Shown: positions 28,315 through 36,286 of the stretch, piece after piece
How positions within the stretch are numbered: the stretch's first letter is position 1
How the letters are laid out: each line of letters opens with the position of its first letter
NCBI GenBank assembly: GCA_024275165.1
Contig: JAJRZQ010000028.1
Span: 7,423-71,422 of the forward strand
Direction of reading: 5' to 3'
DNA: 64,000 nucleotides
From: a bacterium
GTDB taxonomy: Bacteria; SAR324; XYD2-FULL-50-16
Program-made: the position numbers and the translations under genes
Notes under the pieces: generated by a model
The model's input: the letters and a program-made list of their open reading frames with translations, nothing else
What the model was told of the DNA's origin: nothing
Databases searched by the model: none

Positions 28315-29577
28315 ATGAAACGAGTTATTATTGTAGGTGGTGGATTTGCGGGCTTGAACGCAGCCAAAAAGCTTTGCCGCAATCCCGAAATTGAATTAAC
28401 CATTATTGATCGTCGCAATTATCACCTTTTTCAACCCCTTCTCTATCAAGTGGCTATGGCGGCTTTAAACCCCGCTGAAATTGCCCAACCGATTCGCAGT
28501 CTCTTTACGGGATTTCGCAATGTGCGGGTTTTGCAAGAAGAGGTAATCGCGGTGGATCGAACCGCGAAAGAGGTTCAAACTCTCGAAGGGGCTTACTCTT
28601 ACGATTACCTCATTCTCGCGGTAGGGGTGCAGCATTCTTATTTCGGCCATGAAGATTGGGAGGAGTTCGCCCCGGGCCTGAAAACCTTAGAGCAAGCCAC
28701 CGAGATTCGTCGTCGGGTTTTAACGGCCTTTGAGCGGGCAGAGAAAACAAAAAACATCCAAAAGCAAAAGCAACTTTTGACCTTTGTGATTATTGGGGGC
28801 GGCCCCACGGGAGTGGAATTGGCAGGCGCCATCGGGGAGATGAGTCGCTTTACCCTAGCCCAAGATTTTAACCATATCGACCCGAAGCTCGCGCGGGTTA
28901 TTTTAATTGAGGCGGGCCCTCGAATTCTGCCGAGCTTTTCAACTAAATGGGCCAGCCGGGTCGCCCGTGATTTAGAGGGGATTGGGGTGCAGGTATGGAC
29001 CTCCAGCATGGTGACCGACCTTGACGCGGAAGGGGTGACCGTTGGGGAAGAGCGGGTACTCTGTTCGACCATCTTATGGGCAGCGGGGGTGCAGGCCGCG
29101 ACCTTGAGCCAAAAACTCGAAGTGGAACGAGACCGCCAGGGGCGCATTATCGTAGCGCCCGATCTCAGTCTGCCGGAAAATCCAGAAATTTATATCTGCG
29201 GCGATCAGTCGAGTTTTGCCCACGGGGTGGATCAACCCCTGCCGGGCCTTGCCCCCATTGCCATGCAGCAAGGTCGGCATGCGGCGCTGAATATTCAACG
29301 AACGCTGAAAGAACAAGAAACCTTACCTTTTAAATATATCGACAAGGGGCAAATGGCGACAATTGGCCGCAGCCGTGCTATTGTAGAGGTAGGGTCTTTG
29401 CGGCTGGTGGGTACTTTTGCTTGGTTTTTATGGCTTTTAATCCATATCTATTATCTGTTGGGCTTTAAAAACCGCTTTTTTGTCTTGATCCAATGGGCAT
29501 GGTCGTATCTTTCCAATAGCCGAGGGGCGAGGCTCATTGTGGAAAAGGATTGGCGATTTTATAAAAAAAAGACCTAG
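28315..29577 (+). CDS. ndh: Type II NADH:quinone oxidoreductase (NDH-2)
   Basis: Two dinucleotide-binding motifs (RVIIVGGGFAG and FVIIGGGPTGVELAG) and a C-terminal membrane anchor. Confidence 0.85.
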   Translation: MKRVIIVGGGFAGLNAAKKLCRNPEIELTIIDRRNYHLFQPLLYQVAMAALNPAEIAQPIRSLFTGFRNVRVLQEEVIAVDRTAKEVQTLEGAYSYDYLILAVGVQHSYFGHEDWEEFAPGLKTLEQATEIRRRVLTAFERAEKTKNIQKQKQLLTFVIIGGGPTGVELAGAIGEMSRFTLAQDFNHIDPKLARVILIEAGPRILPSFSTKWASRVARDLEGIGVQVWTSSMVTDLDAEGVTVGEERVLCSTILWAAGVQAATLSQKLEVERDRQGRIIVAPDLSLPENPEIYICGDQSSFAHGVDQPLPGLAPIAMQQGRHAALNIQRTLKEQETLPFKYIDKGQMATIGRSRAIVEVGSLRLVGTFAWFLWLLIHIYYLLGFKNRFFVLIQWAWSYLSNSRGARLIVEKDWRFYKKKT

Positions 29578-29607
29578 TATCCGCGTTGGGTTCAAGGGCG
29601 AGGGGGT

Positions 29608-30261
29608 TTGATGCAACCAGATTGGCAAGCTCGTCGAGATTTTATGGTGGATTGGCAGATCCGCCGCCGGGGGGTCAAGGACATCGCCCTCTTAGAGGCC
29701 ATGCGCCGGGTGGAGCGGCATTGCTTTACAGAAGAGGCGGAACAAGATGTGGCCTATGAAGATCATCCTCTGCCCATTGGCCATGGCCAGACCCTCAGCC
29801 AGCCCTACATCGTTGCCTATATGACCGAGCAGCTTGGTTTAACCTCTCAGGCCAAGGTTTTAGAAATCGGTACGGGCTGCGGCTACCAAACCGCGATTCT
29901 GGCGGAATTGGCACAAGAGGTTTTTAGTATTGAAATCATAGAACCTTTATCCATAGAAGCACAAAAACGACTCACTGGAATGGGATATGATAATATTCAT
30001 TTCAAGGTGGGGGATGGGTTTTTCGGCTGGCCGGAAGAGGCACCTTTTGATGCCTGCTTAATCGCCGCGGCCTGCCCGATTTTACCCCGAAAATTGATCG
30101 CTCAATTGACCTCTACAGGTCGCATGGTCTTGCCCTTAGGGGTATGGGAGCAGCAATTGATATTAATTCAGCCGACTCAAAAAGGCTTTAAGAAAAAATA
30201 TTTATTCGCGGTGCGCTTTGTGCCCTTGACTGGAGCGGCGCAGAAGAGGTTCCCCCATTAA
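29608..30261 (+). CDS. pcm: Protein-L-isoaspartate O-methyltransferase
   Basis: LSQPYIVAYMTEQL...VLEIGTGCGYQTAILAEL is the PIMT signature. Confidence 0.85.
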   Translation: MMQPDWQARRDFMVDWQIRRRGVKDIALLEAMRRVERHCFTEEAEQDVAYEDHPLPIGHGQTLSQPYIVAYMTEQLGLTSQAKVLEIGTGCGYQTAILAELAQEVFSIEIIEPLSIEAQKRLTGMGYDNIHFKVGDGFFGWPEEAPFDACLIAAACPILPRKLIAQLTSTGRMVLPLGVWEQQLILIQPTQKGFKKKYLFAVRFVPLTGAAQKRFPH

Positions 30262-30320
30262 AGGCAGACCAAGCCCCTGTTATCTTGGTTTGAAATTTTT
30301 TGCCAAGCTAAGGCAAAGGC

Positions 30321-30392
30321 TCACTCGCGGCAAAAAAGTCCAATCACAAAAAGTAGGACCAAGGCAATCAGTTCTCGGTAAAGTTCGGTCAT
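30321..30392 (-). CDS. Possible small hydrophobic peptide (23 aa: MTELYRELIALVLLFVIGLFCRE)
   Basis: A mini-ORF in a 420-bp AT-richer intergenic region encodes a single predicted transmembrane helix. A weak AAGGG lies 12 nt upstream. It falls below the track length cutoff. Confidence 0.2.
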   Translation of the reverse strand: MTELYRELIALVLLFVIGLFCRE

Positions 30393-30681
30393 TGAGTGGT
30401 CTACCCTTAGATTATTAGCCTAACCCTCATTAGGAAATATTCATCCAGAATTGGGCTTTCCCCTGAATTACAAAGGTGATAAAGGGGGTTCAATCTGGAC
30501 TTGTAGGGTCTTTTCAAGTCATTATACCTAGACTTGCCAATTTATACCAGTCAAAGATCATTAAACTTTTTTTATTTAAGGTTTGAAAAGTATTTTTACC
30601 AATATATATTGCTTTGGCAGGTTTTTTAGGTGAATTTTTCTTTTAATTGCCTAGGAATAAAAAAGTTGGGTAAAATATCTT

Positions 30682-31455
30682 ATGGACTTTTTTGGAGCAA
30701 AATTCATCTTTTTTTTGGGTTGCGCGTTGTTGTTTGGCGTGCCCCTCTTGCAGGCGGAGGGCAAGGGGAGCTTTTCCATAAATTATATTCGCGAGGTGGC
30801 CAACGAGCTTTATTTAAGCGATTTTCAACTCGGTAGCGCGGAACGCATCCGCGACCCCGATGGCAACGGGGTGGGGGTGAGCATGTTCCTCGCCAACCAA
30901 GGTTCAAGTTTTTGGGCCTTGGAGTTCGGACGCAGTACCACAAAGTATCAAGGCAAGGTTGAAGATGGAGTGAATGTGAGTTTTGTGCCCCAACCGGGGT
31001 CGGGGTTCGAGGCCTTAAGCAGCTCTTCGAATGTGGTTTATGAGATGGATTTGGAGTTCGCAAATCCCTATATAGGTTTAAATTACACCAATTGGGCGAT
31101 CACCCGGGCCTCTCATGGTTGGCTGTTGCCGAGTACCTACGGCATCGGTCGCATCCAGCAAAAAGCCAAGGGGGAGGTGAGGATTCTTTCTCTTTCCGGG
31201 GTCGAGTTGGCGCGGGCAAAATATCGCTCTGGCCTGCACGATTACTATCAACTTGGCTGGGCCGTTAATTTTGATTTTGTGTATCTTTCCTTGACCTTAC
31301 GGCATGTCACCTCTCCGGTTTTAGAGGTGTTGAGTTGCAACGAAGCGGCGATTGGAAAGCAGGCCTGTGACCGTTTTTATGCCGCTACGGGTAACCGCGA
31401 CGCCGCAACGCAAATTTTTACAGGCGGGGTGATGCAGATCGGAATTCTTTTTTAG
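30682..31455 (+). CDS. Secreted, probably outer-membrane beta-barrel-like protein; paralog 1
   Basis: A signal peptide, alternating beta-like pattern and C-terminal ...GILF. It shares long conserved blocks with the next gene. Confidence 0.6.
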   Translation: MDFFGAKFIFFLGCALLFGVPLLQAEGKGSFSINYIREVANELYLSDFQLGSAERIRDPDGNGVGVSMFLANQGSSFWALEFGRSTTKYQGKVEDGVNVSFVPQPGSGFEALSSSSNVVYEMDLEFANPYIGLNYTNWAITRASHGWLLPSTYGIGRIQQKAKGEVRILSLSGVELARAKYRSGLHDYYQLGWAVNFDFVYLSLTLRHVTSPVLEVLSCNEAAIGKQACDRFYAATGNRDAATQIFTGGVMQIGILF

Positions 31456-31462
31456 GGGGGCT

Positions 31463-32182
31463 GTGAAAAAGCTTATTGTTTGTTTTTGTTGGTTGCTCCC
31501 CCTGCCCCTAGCGGCGCGGGAAATGCGGGATCAAACGCGTCTTTATTGGGTATACGAGGTGGGGAATCAGTTGAATCTCGCCGACTTCGGGATGGGGAGC
31601 GTAGAAAAAATCAAGGATCAAAACGGCAACGGGGTGGGGCTGAGCTGGGTTCTCCGTGAAGGGGGTCAGCTCAACTTGGCCCTGGATGTGGGGCAAAGCA
31701 ACACCCGCTATCAAGGCCGGGTCGAAGATGGGGTAACGGTTTCCTTTCAACCTCAGACTGGTTCAGGGTTCGAGGCCTTGAGCAGTTCCACCAATGTGAC
31801 CTATGACTTTAATTTAGAGTTCAACAACCCCTATTTGGGTTTGAGTCTGATCTGGGAGCATTTTCGTATTGGTGGGGGGCGATTGTTCCAAAAGGCAAAG
31901 GGCACCGTGGAGGTGAATTCCCAAGGGGTTCAATTACTAACCGCCAGTTATGTGGCTCGAACGCAGCTTTATTACTGGGGTGGCTTTGATTTTAATTTAG
32001 AAAATTTTTATATTGGTATCTATGCCCGTAACTTTGAGGCCCCGGCCTTGCAAATCGACAACTGCAACGCCCAAGCCTTAGGCGAGTTGTTGTGCCAACG
32101 GATCGTCGGAGCGGCAGGAAACCGCAACCAGCGCTCCACCCTCTTTGGGGAAGGGTTATTGCACTTGGGTTGGCTTTTTTAA
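31463..32182 (+). CDS. Secreted, probably outer-membrane beta-barrel-like protein; paralog 2
   Basis: A signal peptide (MKKLIVCFCWLLPLPLAA) and C-terminal ...GWLF. Conserved blocks: YQGRVEDGVTVSFQPQTGSGFEALSSSTNVTYDFNLEFNNPYLGL and C-N-x4-G-x3-C. Confidence 0.6.
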   Translation: MKKLIVCFCWLLPLPLAAREMRDQTRLYWVYEVGNQLNLADFGMGSVEKIKDQNGNGVGLSWVLREGGQLNLALDVGQSNTRYQGRVEDGVTVSFQPQTGSGFEALSSSTNVTYDFNLEFNNPYLGLSLIWEHFRIGGGRLFQKAKGTVEVNSQGVQLLTASYVARTQLYYWGGFDFNLENFYIGIYARNFEAPALQIDNCNAQALGELLCQRIVGAAGNRNQRSTLFGEGLLHLGWLF

Positions 32183-32194
32183 GGCCCTGTTTGC

Positions 32195-32554
32195 CTATTG
32201 CTCATCAAGGTTGCGCAGTCCTTTAAGCTTCACATTGGGGCTTTCTCCTTGGACCCGAATCACGGCGTGGGCCGTGGTCACATCCACCCGGCTCTCGGCA
32301 GCGGCGAAGATTACCAACTCGGGTCGGTGGGCTTTTTTGCTCGTAAAAGATAAGGTCACCTGGGCAGCGCCCTGGGCATCTAAGGTAATCTGGCGAGGGT
32401 AGCGGACATTGGGCAGGTTGATATTTAGATAAATGGGGAGGTTTTTCGGGAGTCTTTTTCCTGTTCGCGCAGTCAATTGGAGTTGGATATCCAGGTTTTT
32501 TTGAGCAAAGAGGTTCACCTCGCTCGGGCTATCGAGTTGCAGTTGGTAGGGCAT
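32195..32554 (-). CDS. Hypothetical protein, 119 aa
   Basis: An ORF that overlaps the 3' end of the FecR-like gene by 40 nt. No recognised motif. Confidence 0.4.
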   Translation of the reverse strand: MPYQLQLDSPSEVNLFAQKNLDIQLQLTARTGKRLPKNLPIYLNINLPNVRYPRQITLDAQGAAQVTLSFTSKKAHRPELVIFAAAESRVDVTTAHAVIRVQGESPNVKLKGLRNLDEQ

Positions 32555-33096
32555 TTTTTTACCCGTTTAGCCAAGACGCTGTTTGCCTTGAGCCCCTCCA
32601 TGACCTGACCGGAGTTTAAATTCAAACGCCCCTTTTGGTTGCGCACCTCAATTTCTCCCTCAAACAGTCCTATCGAGGTTCCCCGGTTTTTATCCTTCAT
32701 TACGGCCAAGGTTGTGCCTCGAATCCCGATCATGGCATCGCTGGTGCGCAAAACCACGCGTCTAGGCCGCTTTCTGTGTTTCGGAATCTGTGCCCAGACC
32801 CCTCCTTTTTTTAAGGTTAAGACCGAGGCCCCGTCCCTTTCTTCAACGGTTACGCTGCTTTGCGGAAACAAACGGACGATCACTCCGTCATGGTAGACTA
32901 AAGTCGCGGTTGCTCTGGCCCCTGTTAAGATGCGGTCACCAACCTGCAACAGCTCCCTACCTTGGGAGTCTTGTAGCGCCTTTTTGCGGGCCAATTTGAG
33001 CTGTCCCTTGACTTCTTCAAGGTGGGCGACAACCTGCCCTGAAGCGGAGGCAACATAAAAAAACAGCAGTCCGAAAATGAAACCACCTCTTTTCAT
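32515..33096 (-). CDS. Secreted FecR-domain protein
   Basis: A signal peptide is followed by a FecR-like beta-sandwich region (GDRILTGARATATLVYHDGVIVRLFPQSSVTV...GGVWAQ). Confidence 0.55.
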   Translation of the reverse strand: MKRGGFIFGLLFFYVASASGQVVAHLEEVKGQLKLARKKALQDSQGRELLQVGDRILTGARATATLVYHDGVIVRLFPQSSVTVEERDGASVLTLKKGGVWAQIPKHRKRPRRVVLRTSDAMIGIRGTTLAVMKDKNRGTSIGLFEGEIEVRNQKGRLNLNSGQVMEGLKANSVLAKRVKKCPTNCNSIARAR

Positions 33097-33140
33097 TTTT
33101 ATTTTCCTTTTTTAAAGAGCCTCTGAGTTTTCTAAAAGCT

Positions 33141-33178
33141 TCTTCAGGAAACTCTGAAAAATACAGAGTTTTCTTAAC
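33141..33178 (+). repeat. Copy of a recurrent intergenic hairpin motif (GGAAACTCTG-AAAAATA-CAGAGTTTTC)
   Basis: A 16-nt core, GGAAACTCTGAAAAAT, is the exact reverse complement of 4518-4533. Related copies lie at 37966-37981, 37771-37798 and 52033-52056. Confidence 0.6.
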
Positions 33179-33571
33179 TATAATGGAGTTCCGCTGCTCT
33201 GTCTAATTCAGGAGCCTTTGCAAAATTCGAGGTTTCTTCAGGGCATGTGGTTTCCCCCTCCTAGGGGAACGCCTTGCCCAATCGGGTATTTACCCTGCTT
33301 GTCAGGTGAGGCGGTCTGAGGCATACTACTGTAAAATCAGGGTAGGACTTCGACATTCATGTCGGTTTGCCCCTTTTGGAACAACAAAATTCACCTTGCC
33401 TAAGAAAACCCCAGTTTAGTTTATCTTTGCCGGATATAAATCAAGCTTGAAGAAGCTTAACTTGTGCCAAAGTGAGGAGTCGAATAGGCTTGATCGACTC
33501 CAGGAATTCAAGCTATGCCTCTTTTTTGTTGGTGTCTGGAGAATAAAACCATATCTGATTTGAGAAAAAAA

Positions 33572-34048
33572 ATGTACCAAGAAGGCGATTTAATCAACGA
33601 ATTCAACCTCCCCGGCATTGACGCCCAGGGTAAAGAGCAAAACTTCACCCTGCGAGACCTCTTGCAAAAAAAGTACCTGATCCTCTACTTTTACCCCAAA
33701 GACAGCACTCCAGGCTGCACCACCCAAGCTTGCGACTTCCGAGACAATCTCAACTTCTTGCAAGAAAAAGCGGCGGTCGTCGGAGTCAGCCCCGACAGCC
33801 TTGCCTCCCACCAGAGATTTAAGGAAAAACAAGCCTTAAACTTCCCTCTCTTGAGTGACCCCGAAAAAAGCCTGATGCAGGCTTTTGGGGCCTTTGGAGA
33901 AAAAAAGAACTACGGCAAGGTATACCAGGGCGTGATCCGCTCTACCTTTATCATCGACCGTCAAGGCAAACTGATCAAAGCCTTGAGGAATGTGAAGGCG
34001 AAGGGGCATGTAGAGCGAATTTTAGGGGTAATCGAGGGCTTAGATTAA
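33572..34048 (+). CDS. bcp: Thiol peroxidase Bcp (peroxiredoxin Q)
   Basis: ILYFYPKDSTPGCTTQACDFRD is the peroxidatic Cys motif. The start is placed at Met20 of the track ORF. Confidence 0.85.
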   Translation: MYQEGDLINEFNLPGIDAQGKEQNFTLRDLLQKKYLILYFYPKDSTPGCTTQACDFRDNLNFLQEKAAVVGVSPDSLASHQRFKEKQALNFPLLSDPEKSLMQAFGAFGEKKNYGKVYQGVIRSTFIIDRQGKLIKALRNVKAKGHVERILGVIEGLD

Positions 34049-34216
34049 AGCTCAGGGGTGCGCTTGCTCGTTTCCACCGGTGCTATCCAACTGCTGGATC
34101 GCTCTGAAAATAAAAAAGAGGCTGAGGGCAACCGGAGGGTTTTTTGCCTATTCTTTGCATAAACCGCTTCGCCTATGAGGGGGTACAACAAGTTTCACCT
34201 ATGACGAGTTAATACA

Positions 34217-36259
34217 TTGGATATCAACGATTGGATACAACCGGGTTCTTTTGAGGCCTTGCTCCAACAAGCGCCGGACTTGAAAGCGGGAGAGCTCGAA
34301 TTACTGACTCAAGAGGCGATGCACTTTGCCAAGCAATTGCGCGCCCTGTTGGCTACACCTCTGGTAGAGGACTCCCCGAAACAGGCTGAAAAGTTGGATT
34401 TTCTCAACCGTTTCGCTGTTTTTGGGGCTTTGAATCCGACAGAAAAGGCTCAGGTCGCCCAAGCAGCCGAACTGCTCTCCTTTTCCAAGGGAGAATGCGT
34501 TTTAATGCAAGGCGCGCCTTTGCCGGGGCTCTACTTTTTTTTAAATGAGGTTGAGGTCGCTTTAGCGGGGCAAATCCACATTTCCACCCGTACGGGGATT
34601 TTTGGCGCAAGTACGGTACTGGCCGCTCAGGGGGCCTCGCTGTATACCTTGACCGCGGCAAACAACTGCCAAGCCCTGCTTTTTCCGCAACCCGCCTTAG
34701 GGCAATTGCTGATTGAGATTGACGGGCTTTACCAATCCATCACCGCGGAGATCATTAAAACCCAAGTCAAGGACTTGCAAAAACTCCATAAGGAATTCTC
34801 CATCGCGCGCGAACAGGCCAGAATGGCGCAAGAGATTTTAGACCGCATGGGTCAGGCAAGCTTAGCCTTAGATGAAAAGGGGGAAATCGGGCGGAGTTTC
34901 TCGCCGAGCGCGGTCGTTTTTTTAGGCCATGAAAAGCTGGCAGGCCGCCCCTTAGCCGATTTGCTCTTGAAAAAAGACCGTCGCGCCCTCAAAGATTATT
35001 ACCGTGCCATGCATATGCTCTTTGAAGAGGAGGCGAACCAAGAATTGGTCTTGCAACTCTTGCCCAAACGAGTGGAGCATTTAGGGCGGCATTTCGCTTT
35101 GCACTACTCCATCGCCAATGACCAGCAAGGCACTCCCATGAGCCTCTTGCTCTGTTTGGAAGACTTAACCAAGGAGTTGCAACTGAAGGCCTTGGAAGAA
35201 GCGCACCAACAGCAAGAAGAAGAGGAAAAAGAGATCATCGGCAATATCCAGGCGAATATTTCGGGTTATCTCTCCTTGATCAGTCTGTGCGAAACCGCCT
35301 TTCGCGGTTTAAGTCATTTGCTGGAGGTCTTGATGGATCAAGGCGACCCTGACCCGGCTGCTCTAGCTGATTTGATGCGAAAACTGCATGGGATCAAGGG
35401 CTTTTCTTCCCCCTTTGGTTTTCCCCGTTTGCGCAATGCCGTTCATGCTCTAGAAGAGGCATTGCAGGGCTTTCAAGGGGGGAAGGGTCATTTAGAGCGG
35501 TTAGAGACCGACTTTATGAATTTCGAGGCGGAATTCCAATATGTCTTTGGGTTTCAAGACCGCCTGGGCGATGACTTCATTCGCCTCTTAAAGGGGGTGA
35601 ACTTCTCTCAGGTGGAATTCGCCGTATTGCTGGAATTGCTCAATTCAGGCAGGTATGAGGAACTACGCGAGCAATTGGTTTTAAAGGTGAGCTGCCCCGC
35701 CCATGCCATTGCTGAGGGGTGGGAGCAAGAAATCGAGACTTTGGCTGAAAAACTCGGGAAGAAAGTCAAACTCTGGGTTGAGCCCGATGAAGGGGCAAAC
35801 TTGTTTCAGCATCAAGTCAAGACCCTTAATTACGAATTGCGCCACCTTTATCGCAACAGCGTTGATCACGGCATCGAAAGCCCAAGAGAGCGCCTCGCCC
35901 GGGGGAAAAACGAGCGGGGGAATATCTGGTTGCGCGTTAAAAACGAAAAAAACCGAGTTCTCATCATTTTGCGAGACGACGGCGCGGGGCTTGACTTAAA
36001 GGCCATCGAACAAATCGCCCGCAACAAACCCCTGGTGGATCAAAAAAAGGTGGATGAGTTGATCCGCAAGGGGGAGCAGTGGAGAATCTTATTCCTTCCC
36101 GGGTTCAGTTCCAAGTCGGAAACGACCCAAATCTCAGGTCGTGGGGTGGGCTTGGACGCGGTACATCAATGTATAGAGGAGATGGGCGGAAAAATCACCC
36201 TTGTGCAGGCAACGGGGGAGGGTTGTCAGTTTACCTTAAAAATTCCCAAACCCGTATAG
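34217..36259 (+). CDS. CheA-type histidine kinase with an N-terminal cNMP-binding-like domain and no CheW/P5 domain
   Basis: It has a cNMP-binding-like N-terminus (FSKGECVLMQGAPLPGLYFFLNEVEV), an HPt H-box (LHGIKGFSSPFGF), and a CheA-type HATPase (LRHLYRNSVDHGIESP...GRGVGLDAVHQCIEEMGGKI). The protein ends right after the G2 box. Confidence 0.75.
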   Translation: MDINDWIQPGSFEALLQQAPDLKAGELELLTQEAMHFAKQLRALLATPLVEDSPKQAEKLDFLNRFAVFGALNPTEKAQVAQAAELLSFSKGECVLMQGAPLPGLYFFLNEVEVALAGQIHISTRTGIFGASTVLAAQGASLYTLTAANNCQALLFPQPALGQLLIEIDGLYQSITAEIIKTQVKDLQKLHKEFSIAREQARMAQEILDRMGQASLALDEKGEIGRSFSPSAVVFLGHEKLAGRPLADLLLKKDRRALKDYYRAMHMLFEEEANQELVLQLLPKRVEHLGRHFALHYSIANDQQGTPMSLLLCLEDLTKELQLKALEEAHQQQEEEEKEIIGNIQANISGYLSLISLCETAFRGLSHLLEVLMDQGDPDPAALADLMRKLHGIKGFSSPFGFPRLRNAVHALEEALQGFQGGKGHLERLETDFMNFEAEFQYVFGFQDRLGDDFIRLLKGVNFSQVEFAVLLELLNSGRYEELREQLVLKVSCPAHAIAEGWEQEIETLAEKLGKKVKLWVEPDEGANLFQHQVKTLNYELRHLYRNSVDHGIESPRERLARGKNERGNIWLRVKNEKNRVLIILRDDGAGLDLKAIEQIARNKPLVDQKKVDELIRKGEQWRILFLPGFSSKSETTQISGRGVGLDAVHQCIEEMGGKITLVQATGEGCQFTLKIPKPV

Positions 36260-36286
36260 AGGTTTTTACTTCGGTTTGGTCCAAAG

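Noticed and set aside
33146-33161. Interpretation of the GGAAC…TCTGA motif as an RpoE-type promoter (-35 GGAACTT, -10 TCTGA)
   Set aside because: The two halves are contiguous, with no 16-nt spacer, and they form a hairpin. The arrangement does not fit a sigma-E promoter.
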